Assembly: GCA_963758495.1 (NCBI GenBank)
Contig: CAVWVI010000001.1
Coordinates: forward strand, 480,001-544,000
Direction of reading: 5' to 3'
DNA length: 64,000 bases
Source: Oligoflexia bacterium
GTDB taxonomy: Bacteria; Bdellovibrionota; UBA1018
The notes beneath the pieces are model-generated. The model was given only the letters and a program-made list of their open reading frames with translations, had not been told where the DNA came from and ran no database searches. A program made the translations under genes and the position numbers. Every line of letters begins with the position of its first letter. The stretch's first letter is position 1. This document shows, piece by piece, positions 48,943 through 58,290 of the stretch.

Positions 48943-50811
48943 ATGAATAAATGTCCATGGATCAGAATCAATTTACTTTTACTGTCTTGTCCGCTCTGGG
49001 TGTTGTTTTGTGCTCGTCCGGCTTTTCCAAATGTGGAATTTTCTAAATATTTGGGTGCCACAGACAAAAAGCTCACTGACATGAAAAAAGAGCACGAGAG
49101 ATTAGGTAAGAGCTTCAGTACCCTGAAGCAGTCTTTTGCTCCTTCTGACAGTAGCGGAAATAACGACTTAGCGACGCTGATTCAAAGTTCCGCTCAAGTT
49201 GAAGGTCTGACCTTGGCGGAGGGCGCCCTATGGGGACTACAAGTGGCAGAGCGTCTTCGAGAATTAGGGGCTAAAAGCGAAAAGCTATTAATGGCCTTAG
49301 GGCCAGAAAAAAAAGAACTCCAAGCCTGGACGAATTCTGCACTGGAGTGTGCGGACAAGGCCACTATCCTTCTAAAAACACTCGAAAGATCAATCCAGTT
49401 AACCCGCCAAATTTCTTTATACCCAGATCTCAATTCTAATATTCCATTACTTTTAGAACAATCCAAGGAACTTGCTATCTTAGCTTCATCCCAGGCCCAT
49501 GGACGACTGGATGAATTGGCGAGTGCACTCAGCAAATTCGAAGAGAAATCGAAAGCAATGGAAGGAGGACTTCGCTATCTCAGCCACCTCACTGGTAAAA
49601 AAGGAGTTCGATCTCTTGCCAAGGATCTAGTAAAACTCCAAGACAATCACTCGATTCATGCTCATCGCGATATTCAAGACCTTCGTGATATTTTAACGCC
49701 GTCGGAAACTCAGATTTCCGCTCTCTATTATAAGGCTCAGGTTTTGGCCAAAAATAAAGAGAGAGGTCTGACTGATTATTTTGATGATGCCAGTTTGAAT
49801 CATTTAGAAACAGCCATGATTCGAGAGATTCAGGAGACATTAGCTGGGCCTATGAGTAAATCACAGTCTGGATGGCAACAGAAAATGGATCAAATGGAAA
49901 CGATTGCAGTGACTCTCAAAAAGGCTGGTGACGAGAAAGACCATAAGTTGGCGTTACAACCCTTAGATGAGCTTCATGACTTACTCTCCCAAAAGGGTGC
50001 CACCACAAAGACCCTCGTGCCGTTGATGAATATGGTCAGAGAGGCACATCGTGCTGCATTCATGCGTGACAGCATCCGAGAGCTTCTTAAGTACATCACA
50101 AACAATCCAAAAATTAGCCCTGAATCGATTCGAATGATCCGTAAATTAAGTAATCAGGATAATATGAATCAACTGGATCGCATTGCCATGCACCTCATAC
50201 TTCAGGGAGAAATCATTCGGAAAATGTTTGATATCAAGATGACAAAAAATCAGGTGGAATCTCTCAAAGCAATTTCACTTAATAATATGAAAAAGCTACT
50301 TGACCTCTCCAACGAAGGAGCTTTGAAATCAACTGAACTCAGAGATATTCGAGACCATCTGAGTGAGGGCCACTACTTCAAGAAATCCGATTGGGCTATG
50401 TCTTTTAGAAATGAGGAGACAGAGGCCTTGCATAAGCTCTATGACATGACTGAAGCTTCCATTGCCTTCAAGAAAGCTATCCTTGCGATGAGCGATCAAT
50501 TACTTAAGAACCTGGACATGCGAGTCAAGATGGCAACAGAATACGCTAATAAGACTAAGGAAGCGTTTCAACTCACACTCAGCAGATTTAATTTGAAAGA
50601 CGAACCGAATTTAGTGGCTAAAATCAAAAAAAATCCCAATTGTGGTAGTATCAACGAAGAAAGACAGAAATACATTCTATCTCAAGATCAACTACGGGAC
50701 ATTTTTGCCAGTTTTATAATTGTAAAAAAGGTTCGCGATAACCTCGTCAAAGAGGATGCTGTTCTGTTCACTCCCACCGAAGAAAGCAATGACGATGCGG
50801 AATCTGATTAA
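48943..50811 (+). CDS. Secreted alpha-helical/coiled-coil hypothetical protein
   Basis: 622-aa ORF, signal peptide ending in RPAFP, rich in L/K/E; no motif recognised. Confidence 0.8.
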   Translation: MNKCPWIRINLLLLSCPLWVLFCARPAFPNVEFSKYLGATDKKLTDMKKEHERLGKSFSTLKQSFAPSDSSGNNDLATLIQSSAQVEGLTLAEGALWGLQVAERLRELGAKSEKLLMALGPEKKELQAWTNSALECADKATILLKTLERSIQLTRQISLYPDLNSNIPLLLEQSKELAILASSQAHGRLDELASALSKFEEKSKAMEGGLRYLSHLTGKKGVRSLAKDLVKLQDNHSIHAHRDIQDLRDILTPSETQISALYYKAQVLAKNKERGLTDYFDDASLNHLETAMIREIQETLAGPMSKSQSGWQQKMDQMETIAVTLKKAGDEKDHKLALQPLDELHDLLSQKGATTKTLVPLMNMVREAHRAAFMRDSIRELLKYITNNPKISPESIRMIRKLSNQDNMNQLDRIAMHLILQGEIIRKMFDIKMTKNQVESLKAISLNNMKKLLDLSNEGALKSTELRDIRDHLSEGHYFKKSDWAMSFRNEETEALHKLYDMTEASIAFKKAILAMSDQLLKNLDMRVKMATEYANKTKEAFQLTLSRFNLKDEPNLVAKIKKNPNCGSINEERQKYILSQDQLRDIFASFIIVKKVRDNLVKEDAVLFTPTEESNDDAESD

Positions 50812-51790
50812 ACTCAGTCATTTTTACTCTGCCGTCCTTATTTTTCAATTTGCTCTCTACGCTCATGGAGGGGGCACAGAAAGTAATCAAAATATGAAAA
50901 CTGAAATTCAGGCTCCTGAAGCTACACCCGAAACTACAAAGGAAACTACAAAGGAAACTACAAAGGAAACCAGTTCAGAATTGGCGTCGGAATCTATGAA
51001 TGATCCACTCCTTAAAAAATTAGCGGTAGATCGCTGCGGCAGTATTGCAAGATCTCACATGACAACCCAATCCTTTGAAGGATTCATTGAGAATGGCGTA
51101 GTTTATCAGTTTAGAGCAGGACAAGGATTAACTCCTACACCTGGCGGAGACAAACTACCATCCATTCGTGAATTTAAGAATACTGATGTGGTTCCTGTGG
51201 GGCTTAAATATGTCACTTTTACCGGCAATTGGAATACGACTCCGGGAGTCCAAGATGATTCTAATATTTTAGGGGGAAATGGAAAATTAATTGTAAATAC
51301 TCCCCAGAAAGAAATCAGCGTTCCAGTGGTTACTGCGACAGAAGAGTACCTGAGTTATTTCAAAGCGCATTTACTCACCTCGGGTGACTCATTTCGTTTC
51401 CAAACTCAGGGAAAGTTTCCAATATTTAAAATGGAAATTGGGGAACACTATGTCCCTGAGTACATCATGAAAATGGGTAAAGGCTTATATTTGGAATATC
51501 ATAATGAACCGCACTATCACGAACCCTTGGATAAAGATTCGGGCGGAGTGTATTTACTTGCTAAGGAAGTGGGTCTTCACGAGGGTAAGAAAACCTATCA
51601 GTTAGCAGCTTTTCGAGTGCCTTTTGGTAACGCTGTCTATACAGAACCAGGAGCTATTCATGATGATGCTACCACTCAGGGGCATTGGCGCGTCGGCTAC
51701 ACTAATGCCAAGAACTTCTCTACTGTGACTCTTATGAATAACAAAAATGAACTTCTTGGACTTAAGTTTGAATATCTGGTTGGTCCCTAA
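50795..51790 (+). CDS. Secreted cupin-like protein, distantly ureidoglycolate-lyase-like
   Basis: Signal peptide from ATG 50795; LEYHNEPHYHEP and FRVPFGNAVYTEPGAIH. Confidence 0.55.
   Translation: MRNLIKLSHFYSAVLIFQFALYAHGGGTESNQNMKTEIQAPEATPETTKETTKETTKETSSELASESMNDPLLKKLAVDRCGSIARSHMTTQSFEGFIENGVVYQFRAGQGLTPTPGGDKLPSIREFKNTDVVPVGLKYVTFTGNWNTTPGVQDDSNILGGNGKLIVNTPQKEISVPVVTATEEYLSYFKAHLLTSGDSFRFQTQGKFPIFKMEIGEHYVPEYIMKMGKGLYLEYHNEPHYHEPLDKDSGGVYLLAKEVGLHEGKKTYQLAAFRVPFGNAVYTEPGAIHDDATTQGHWRVGYTNAKNFSTVTLMNNKNELLGLKFEYLVGP
50930..50970 (+). repeat. In-frame 12-bp tandem repeat x3.4
   Basis: GAAACTACAAAG x3 plus GAAAC (ETTK repeats). Confidence 0.9.
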
Positions 51791-51849
51791 AAAAATTGAA
51801 CTTTTAGGTGCGAAATTATCGCCTGACCCCACGGTGAGACGTGTGCTGC

Positions 51850-52785
51850 TTAACTGGAGGCGCTGAACACGACGAGCGGTGTTTGCATGCCATGTAAACG
51901 CCGGTGTTCCGAAAAGAGAACCTCGACTTCAGGGTAAGCTGGATTTGACTGGCGATCCAAAATCCGATGTGCTCCGGCGATTTGCTGTAAGACAAGTTTG
52001 TCACGGGTCTCGCGGCCGCCATGAACTTCCATGATGAGGTAATCGAAGGAATCCAGAAGTCCGGGCTGTTCGCTCAGCATCTCATATTCAGAGCCTTCAA
52101 TATCGGCTTTCAATAGAACGCTTCCCCGGGCCGCCGCATCGGCCAAGCCGCTTTCTCGCAACCAGTCGCCAAGCCTCTGTCCCTTAACCGTCAGCGTGCG
52201 CGTCAAGTTCCCGGCAGCTGTCGGATCGGCCACTCGCGAGTCTCGGTCGTTGTCCATCACTTCAAACACGATATGGCGCGGCTTGCCTACGACAGCTCCC
52301 ATCATCACGCGCATTTCAATGCCATGTTTACCTAGCACGCGGGCTGTCCACTCCAGCACGCCGTGAAATTCCAAATTCGCTTCGATGGCGAGGATTTTTT
52401 TCACGCCGCCGTAGCCCGCAACGTAGAGACATACGTAGCCAGCGTTCGCACCCGCGTCGACCAGCATCGACGGTGTCCATTCTGGTCTGATCCGATAGGA
52501 ATGTCCCCAAAAGATCTCACGAAAGCTCGACAGGCGATCGGGTTGCAACCAGATGGGTACAGGCACGTAGGCATCAAGTGCGGGCAAGTACAATTGAACC
52601 GTGAAAAAACTTTTGCGCGGAAACAATTTGAATGCTGCTTTTGCCAGACGGTTACACTGCCCATTTCTGTAATAAAACCAGAAGTGCAGCTTGAAGACCG
52701 GATAAAGGGCGATAAGCTTTAGAGTATCCCATGAACTGACTCGGTACGACGCAAGAAACACTTTAAGCTGTTCGAAATAGGTCAT
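51850..52785 (-). CDS. FkbM-family methyltransferase, compositionally foreign
   Basis: VDAGANAG, IEAN, LLKADIEGSE, IMEVH; visibly GC-rich relative to flanks. Confidence 0.88.
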   Translation of the reverse strand: MTYFEQLKVFLASYRVSSWDTLKLIALYPVFKLHFWFYYRNGQCNRLAKAAFKLFPRKSFFTVQLYLPALDAYVPVPIWLQPDRLSSFREIFWGHSYRIRPEWTPSMLVDAGANAGYVCLYVAGYGGVKKILAIEANLEFHGVLEWTARVLGKHGIEMRVMMGAVVGKPRHIVFEVMDNDRDSRVADPTAAGNLTRTLTVKGQRLGDWLRESGLADAAARGSVLLKADIEGSEYEMLSEQPGLLDSFDYLIMEVHGGRETRDKLVLQQIAGAHRILDRQSNPAYPEVEVLFSEHRRLHGMQTPLVVFSASS

Positions 52786-52814
52786 GAGGCTCGCTTTCGG
52801 TTTGTCCCTCTAAC

Positions 52815-52841
52815 CTATCGGAAAGACTTCATTGTTCCTGA
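52815..52841 (-). promoter_or_regulatory. sigma-28-like promoter upstream of the FkbM gene
   Basis: TCAG-N15-TCCGATAG on the minus strand. Confidence 0.45.
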
Positions 52842-52940
52842 AGTGCTTGGCCAATAGAAATTGCTCAAATTTCACCCACTCAAACAGGAGAAGACCCACG
52901 TGCTCCAATTGGAGTACAAGCTGGAAAAATTCGAGAATCA

Positions 52941-53169
52941 CTGAACCTCGGAGAGGTGTTGCGTTAACAACCCCGGCACTGTGTCTGGTTTGATCAGTTC
53001 GCGACGGGGCCACAGCAAGATCTCGACGTAGGATTACGCTAAAGAACTCAAGCAATTCAAAGAGGTATTTCAAAAGACGTGAGGGTGGGGCTCCGAGGCG
53101 GGTTCGCGCTTACGACAGCACTATCGTGAAATAAAACGGGATCGGAAACCGCGGCGAAGGGGGGTGTCT
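52941..53169 (+). repeat. Left outer terminal inverted repeat (229 bp)
   Basis: Reverse complement of 55052-55279; identical over 52941-53155, then one substitution and one G indel. Confidence 0.95.
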
Positions 53170-53292
53170 AGGCTGCCGCAATTAGTATAATAACGCATCG
53201 CGTTTTTGATCCCGGACATTGGGGTCGGCGATTTCTGTATACAACCTACAAAGACCTGACACGGTCAAATGTGGTGTAGTTGATTTCTGTAT

Positions 53293-53326
53293 GAACGAGT
53301 GGTCTAACCCATTAGACCACTCGTTC
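53293..53326. other. Perfect 15-bp stem hairpin inside the element
   Basis: GAACGAGTGGTCTAA-CCCA-TTAGACCACTCGTTC. Confidence 0.85.
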
Positions 53327-53379
53327 GCGTATAAATAATCGCAAGATAAAATATTTTGACTATTTTATTTTGCTACTAT
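53323..53379 (+). repeat. Left inner inverted repeat (57 bp)
   Basis: GTTCGCGTATAAATAAT...CTACTAT; pairs with 54968-55024 with 5 mismatches. Confidence 0.92.
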
Positions 53380-53450
53380 AAGTGTAGTGAATTTAGAACT
53401 ATTGAGTCAGATATTGCATTGTTTCGGAATTTGGAAAATTTTCGAACTAC

Positions 53451-54902
53451 CTAATCAGGAACAAGGCTAAGATCAAGAGTTTTAAAAAGCTGGGTCAGCT
53501 TACTTCTAGCTTGGTCACCCACCTCAAGGATCAACGGTAAGAACTGATGCAAGGGCAGAACGGCAAATGTCCTAGTTGCATAGATTATTACTTTAGGATT
53601 TTTATCTTCAGTTCGCTTTTGTCGCATAGTTTTTAATGAATACTGTTCTAACGATTCACATTTTTCAGAATTCAAAAATAAATTTAACAAGTTAAACCCT
53701 ATAATACACATCACAATATTCATCGCTGTGCGAACCAGTTTTGTAGACAAAAGTCTTTCTAAACCCTGATTTTGCTTTAGCTGCCTATGTCCTTGTTCTA
53801 CCTCGCCCCTTTAATCGTAATTGGTGAGAATTTGCTTTCCCGTCAGCCCTTCCTTCGTGGTCACAAATAAAACATTGTCCAAAGTTCCATCTTTTTTTGT
53901 CCACCTCACTAAAACACCTGAACTGAGAACAGGACACTCCTCCCAAAATAGATCTCCTTCTTTTGCTGTGAATTCTGCAATTAATTGATTTTCTCGGATA
54001 GGATGGGGCTGCCAGAGTTGGCGGTTATCTGCTGTTGCTACTGCCGTCAACGTTACATCCATATTTCTCCGCAGAGGGATAAAAATATCTACTCCTCGTT
54101 CACGCTTCAAATGGGTTATCCATTGACCATCAATGAACCCTCGGTCCGCTATAATGCTAGATCTTGGCTCAAACTGAAATTTCGCTAGCAATTCTTTGGC
54201 AGCTTGAAGATCATGTACTTGAATAGGTACTATTGCCAGAGTTACAAAAATACATTTCTGATCAATGATCTCTTGCATCCAAACTGCTTTGTACCCGTAA
54301 CTTCTGGTACCATCACTATTCACTACGACCCCCGCTCCCTGATAGTCCTTGAATCGGTGTGCCGGTATTTCAATCTTACAGCCATCCAAAATATACTGCC
54401 GAGTTCGTCCGGGCGAATGGGCTCTCCACAAGCTCAGCCATTGAGTATTGAACCAATCAATAATCTGTTCAGGCCTCATATGTAATAAGACGTGTTTGAG
54501 TGTCTCACCATCAAAAGGGGCTTCCCTTGGATACTTATTTCGTTGGTTAAATCCGTCTTCTAAAATCCTTGCATTATATCCCAGCTTTGAAATCAGATCT
54601 GCGCTGTTCAGCATATAGGGAGCTAATAGCAAAGAGTGTTCATCATTGAGACGTTGAAGTATCTGAGGTAGCAACAAAGCGTCGATCGGCACTTCACAAT
54701 ATTTTCTGGGATCTGGAAATGAACGTAACCCTGATTGAAGAATACCTGTATCAAGTCCATGCCCAACGATCCGATCCACTGGTAGGTTCTGAGAGATTCG
54801 AATTTCCTCGATTTCTCCCTTCTTCAGAGCATCCAGGGTATCTTTCTGCTGATACTGTATTAGAATCGGGTCAGTCGCTTCATCGTCCTTCGTTGCTGTC
54901 AT
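53451..54902 (-). pseudogene. IS4-like DDE transposase with an in-frame nonsense codon
   Basis: ILDG, ADRGF and Y-D-*-R-G-E-V-E-Q-G-H-R-Q-L-K (YREK motif); TAA at 53811-53813; the frame continues into ORF 53451-53750. Confidence 0.9.
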
Positions 54903-54967
54903 GGCTGGCGATCATGATAATAAACGCCGTAAATTACAACCCAGAAAGCTCGTGACTAATACCGCTA

Positions 54968-55024
54968 ATAGTAGTAAAACAAAATAGTCAGAATATCTTA
55001 TCTTGCAATTATTTATACGCGAAC
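54968..55024 (-). repeat. Right inner inverted repeat (57 bp)
   Basis: ATAGTAG...ATTATTTATACGCGAAC. Confidence 0.92.
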
Positions 55025-55051
55025 TAGAAAAGCTATACAGGACATCCAAAC

Positions 55052-55279
55052 AGACACCCCCTTTGCCGCGGTTTCCGATCCCGTTTTATTTCACGATAGT
55101 GCTGTCGTAAGCGCGAACCCGCCTCGGAGCCCCACCCTCACGTCTTTTGAAATACCTCTTTGAATTGCTTGAGTTCTTTAGCGTAATCCTACGTCGAGAT
55201 CTTGCTGTGGCCCCGTCGCGAACTGATCAAACCAGACACAGTGCCGGGGTTGTTAACGCAACACCTCTCCGAGGTTCAG
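55052..55279 (-). repeat. Right outer terminal inverted repeat (228 bp)
   Basis: Reverse complement of 52941-53169. Confidence 0.95.
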
Positions 55280-55297
55280 TCGAGAATCATTTAATAC

Positions 55298-55324
55298 TCA
55301 TCTCCTACCCAAAAAAGCCGATAA
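55298..55324 (+). promoter_or_regulatory. sigma-28-like promoter of the acyltransferase gene
   Basis: TCAT-N15-GCCGATAA; ATG starts 9 nt after the -10 element. Confidence 0.55.
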
Positions 55325-55332
55325 ACCTCTAG

Positions 55333-56142
55333 ATGCACCTTGTAGAACACGAACCGAAAGCTCGCGTTGAACCTCTCACTCAAAAATCAAACCATAAGGG
55401 CTTAGCAGGCTTTTTTGAAAATATATTTCGGCGTTTCCATGTATTACTGACTGTAATCCTGCTCATTCCAATTTATATCATTGGAACCCTTTGTTTGGGC
55501 CTAGCACTTACTCCTGGTGTCACTCTTTTTCATTGGGGCATGCCCCATTTACAGGCTCATGGACTTCCTTACCAGATTCTAGGGATCAGCCTCATGCTTG
55601 CAATCTCTTATATTTTCTTTGGCTTCTCTCTTATTATTATCATACCAATATGTAACTTTATTTTAAGAACCTATCCCAAGCCTTGGAGAGGACTTTATTA
55701 TTCTTTACCTACAATTCGATGGGGCGTTCATAATGCCCTGACTTATATTCCTCGTTATATTTTTCTTGAATATATGACTCCAACTCCATTTAATATTCTC
55801 TTCTATAAGTTAATGGGTATGAAGATTGGAAAGGGCGCTCAAGTCAATACCACCAACATATCAGATCCCTGCTTAATTGAGATCGGTGAACGAGCCACCA
55901 TCGGTGGCAGTGCCACGATCATCGCCCACTACGCCCAAGGAGGCTATCTCATTATTGCTCCTGTTAAAATTGGCAATGGCGCAACTATTGGCCTCCGCGC
56001 CACCATCATGGGTGGGGTCACAATTGGTGATAAAGCAAAAATTCTACCCAACTCACTCGTTCTTCCTAAAACTCATGTCCCTGCAGGGGAAACCTGGGGC
56101 GGAGTTCCAGCACATAAAATACAGAGTCTTTATAAACGATAG
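55333..56142 (+). CDS. Membrane-anchored hexapeptide-repeat (LbH) acyltransferase-like protein
   Basis: Two TMs, then MGMKIGKG, IGERATIG, VKIGNGATIG, WGGVPA. Confidence 0.85.
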   Translation: MHLVEHEPKARVEPLTQKSNHKGLAGFFENIFRRFHVLLTVILLIPIYIIGTLCLGLALTPGVTLFHWGMPHLQAHGLPYQILGISLMLAISYIFFGFSLIIIIPICNFILRTYPKPWRGLYYSLPTIRWGVHNALTYIPRYIFLEYMTPTPFNILFYKLMGMKIGKGAQVNTTNISDPCLIEIGERATIGGSATIIAHYAQGGYLIIAPVKIGNGATIGLRATIMGGVTIGDKAKILPNSLVLPKTHVPAGETWGGVPAHKIQSLYKR

Positions 56143-56240
56143 TGCTCCTACTTTAAATGCCTCATATCCCATAAAAAGCGCATGATTTAACTTCTCTTTC
56201 GAGATAGGATAAAGAGACATAATCAGGAGAAATAGCTCAT

Positions 56241-58250
56241 ATGAGTGAAGATCAAAAGTTTAAGAATGCGATTTTAATAGGAATTCCTAAAACGCTCCCT
56301 CCCCTTTCTCCTTACGATCCGTCAGTGAGCCACGCTCCTAAAAGAAAAGATATCCTGACTTCTAAAGAAAAAAAGCTCGCTATTCAAAATGCCCTTCGTT
56401 ATTTCCCTGCAGACCAACACGGTGTTCTTGCTCCAGAATTCGCAAAGGAATTTTCCAGTTATGGCCGGATTTATATGCATCGTTTTCGGCCCGACTACCC
56501 CATTCATGCGCGACCGATCGATAGCTATCCTCATCGATCACGGCAAGCTGCCGCGATCATGTTGATGCTTCAAAACAACTTAGATCCAAAAGTGGCTCAA
56601 CATCCTCACGAGCTGATCACCTATGGAGGCAATGGATCGGTTTTTCAGAATTGGGCGCAATATCTTCTGTGTATGCAATATTTAGCCACCATGACGGATG
56701 AGCAAACTCTAGTCCTCTATTCTGGCCATCCCCTCGGGCTATTTCCCTCCCATAAGGACGCTCCGCGAGTGGTCGTTACGAATGGAATGATGATTCCAAA
56801 TTACTCCAAGCAAGATGACTGGGAAAAATTTAATGCATTAGGTGTAACCCAATATGGGCAAATGACTGCAGGGTCATTTATGTACATTGGCCCTCAGGGG
56901 ATTGTGCATGGAACCACGATCACCCTACTCAATGCGGGAAGACGAATTGCCTCTGGAAACGAAGGACTAGCCGGCAAGGTCTTTGTTTCCGCTGGACTGG
57001 GTGGAATGTCAGGGGCTCAGGCAAAAGCAGCTGTTATTGCCGGAGCAATCGCAGTGGTTGCAGAGATCAATCCATTAGCGGTGTCTAAGCGTCACTCGCA
57101 AGGATGGGTCGATGAGGTTTTTTCAGATTTAGGTGCATTAATCAAAAGGCTCCAAGAAGCGCGGGCCAAAAAAATAGCTGTTTCTTTGGCTTACCAAGGA
57201 AATATTGTCGACTTATGGGAAACACTCGTCGCGAAAAATATTCCTATAGAATTAGGATCAGATCAAACCTCTTTGCATAATCCATGGGCTGGAGGCTACT
57301 ACCCTGTCGGAATATCTTTAGAAGAATCTCAACGGATGATGGCTGAAAACCCTGACCAGTTTAAACAAGAAGTTAAAAAAACACTGGTACGCCATGCCAA
57401 GGCAATTGCACAGATGACATCCAAAGGAATGTATTTCTTTGATTATGGAAATGCCTTTTTACTCGAGGCCAGTCGCGCAGGTGCTGATGTAGTGCGTCCT
57501 GATGGTTCCTTTAAGTATCCTTCGTACGTGCAAGACATTATGGGTCCAATGTGTTTTGACTACGGTTTTGGCCCTTTTCGATGGGTTTGCGCCTCGGGCT
57601 CTGAAAAGGACTTAGAAACAACGGATGCTCTTGCTGCTGAAGTGTTAGCTGGTATTGCTCAAACTGCACCCTCGGAAATTCAGCAACAATTGGCAGATAA
57701 TATTCATTGGATTAAGTCAGCACGCGCGAATCAACTCGTTGTGGGATCTCAGGCTAGAATTCTCTATGCCGATGCGGAAGGGCGAATCAAAATTGCCCAA
57801 GCTTTTAATCAAGCGCTCCGTAACGGACAGATCTCTGCACCTATCATTTTGGGTCGCGATCATCACGACGTTTCAGGTACCGACTCGCCCTTTCGTGAAA
57901 CCTCCAATATTTATGATGGCTCTCAATTTACTGCTGATATGGCAGTTCAAAATTTTGTGGGCGATTCATTTCGCGGCGCCACTTGGGTTTCACTTCACAA
58001 TGGAGGCGGCGTGGGCTGGGGTGAGGTCACAAATGGAGGATTTGGTTTGGTCTTGGACGGATCAAATGATGCCGACAGACGCCTCAAATCCATGCTTTTT
58101 TGGGATGTGAATAATGGGATAGCACGACGGAGTTGGGCCAGAAATTCCGAAGCGGTTTTTGCAATTCAAAGAGCTATGAATGAAGAGCCATTACTTCGTG
58201 TCACTCTCCCTCATTTAGTAGATCCTAAAATTTTAGAGAGTTTATTTTAA
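56241..58250 (+). CDS. hutU: Urocanate hydratase (long form)
   Basis: GQMTAGS, GPQGIVHGT, GLGGMSGAQ, SDQTSLH, GRDHHDVSGTDSP, HNGGGVG. Confidence 0.98.
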   Translation: MSEDQKFKNAILIGIPKTLPPLSPYDPSVSHAPKRKDILTSKEKKLAIQNALRYFPADQHGVLAPEFAKEFSSYGRIYMHRFRPDYPIHARPIDSYPHRSRQAAAIMLMLQNNLDPKVAQHPHELITYGGNGSVFQNWAQYLLCMQYLATMTDEQTLVLYSGHPLGLFPSHKDAPRVVVTNGMMIPNYSKQDDWEKFNALGVTQYGQMTAGSFMYIGPQGIVHGTTITLLNAGRRIASGNEGLAGKVFVSAGLGGMSGAQAKAAVIAGAIAVVAEINPLAVSKRHSQGWVDEVFSDLGALIKRLQEARAKKIAVSLAYQGNIVDLWETLVAKNIPIELGSDQTSLHNPWAGGYYPVGISLEESQRMMAENPDQFKQEVKKTLVRHAKAIAQMTSKGMYFFDYGNAFLLEASRAGADVVRPDGSFKYPSYVQDIMGPMCFDYGFGPFRWVCASGSEKDLETTDALAAEVLAGIAQTAPSEIQQQLADNIHWIKSARANQLVVGSQARILYADAEGRIKIAQAFNQALRNGQISAPIILGRDHHDVSGTDSPFRETSNIYDGSQFTADMAVQNFVGDSFRGATWVSLHNGGGVGWGEVTNGGFGLVLDGSNDADRRLKSMLFWDVNNGIARRSWARNSEAVFAIQRAMNEEPLLRVTLPHLVDPKILESLF

Positions 58251-58290
58251 TTCCTTAATCTAAAAAATACTGGCTTAATAGAGATTAAGT

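Larger units (their letters stand above)
52941..55279 (-). mobile_element. IS4-like element with very long terminal inverted repeats and 10-bp TSD
   Basis: Ends CTGAACC...GGTTCAG; direct repeat TCGAGAATCA at 52931-52940 and 55280-55289; internal DDE transposase. Confidence 0.92.

Noticed and set aside
51850..52785. FkbM as cargo of the long-TIR element or as an integron cassette
   Set aside because: It lies outside the TSD-defined boundary; no attC-like structure or integrase was seen.
52810..53073. ORF sharing its first 45 aa with ORF 55147-55332
   Set aside because: The identity arises only because both start inside the long TIRs; TTG start, no RBS or motif. The right copy stopping just before ATG 55333 is probably coincidence.
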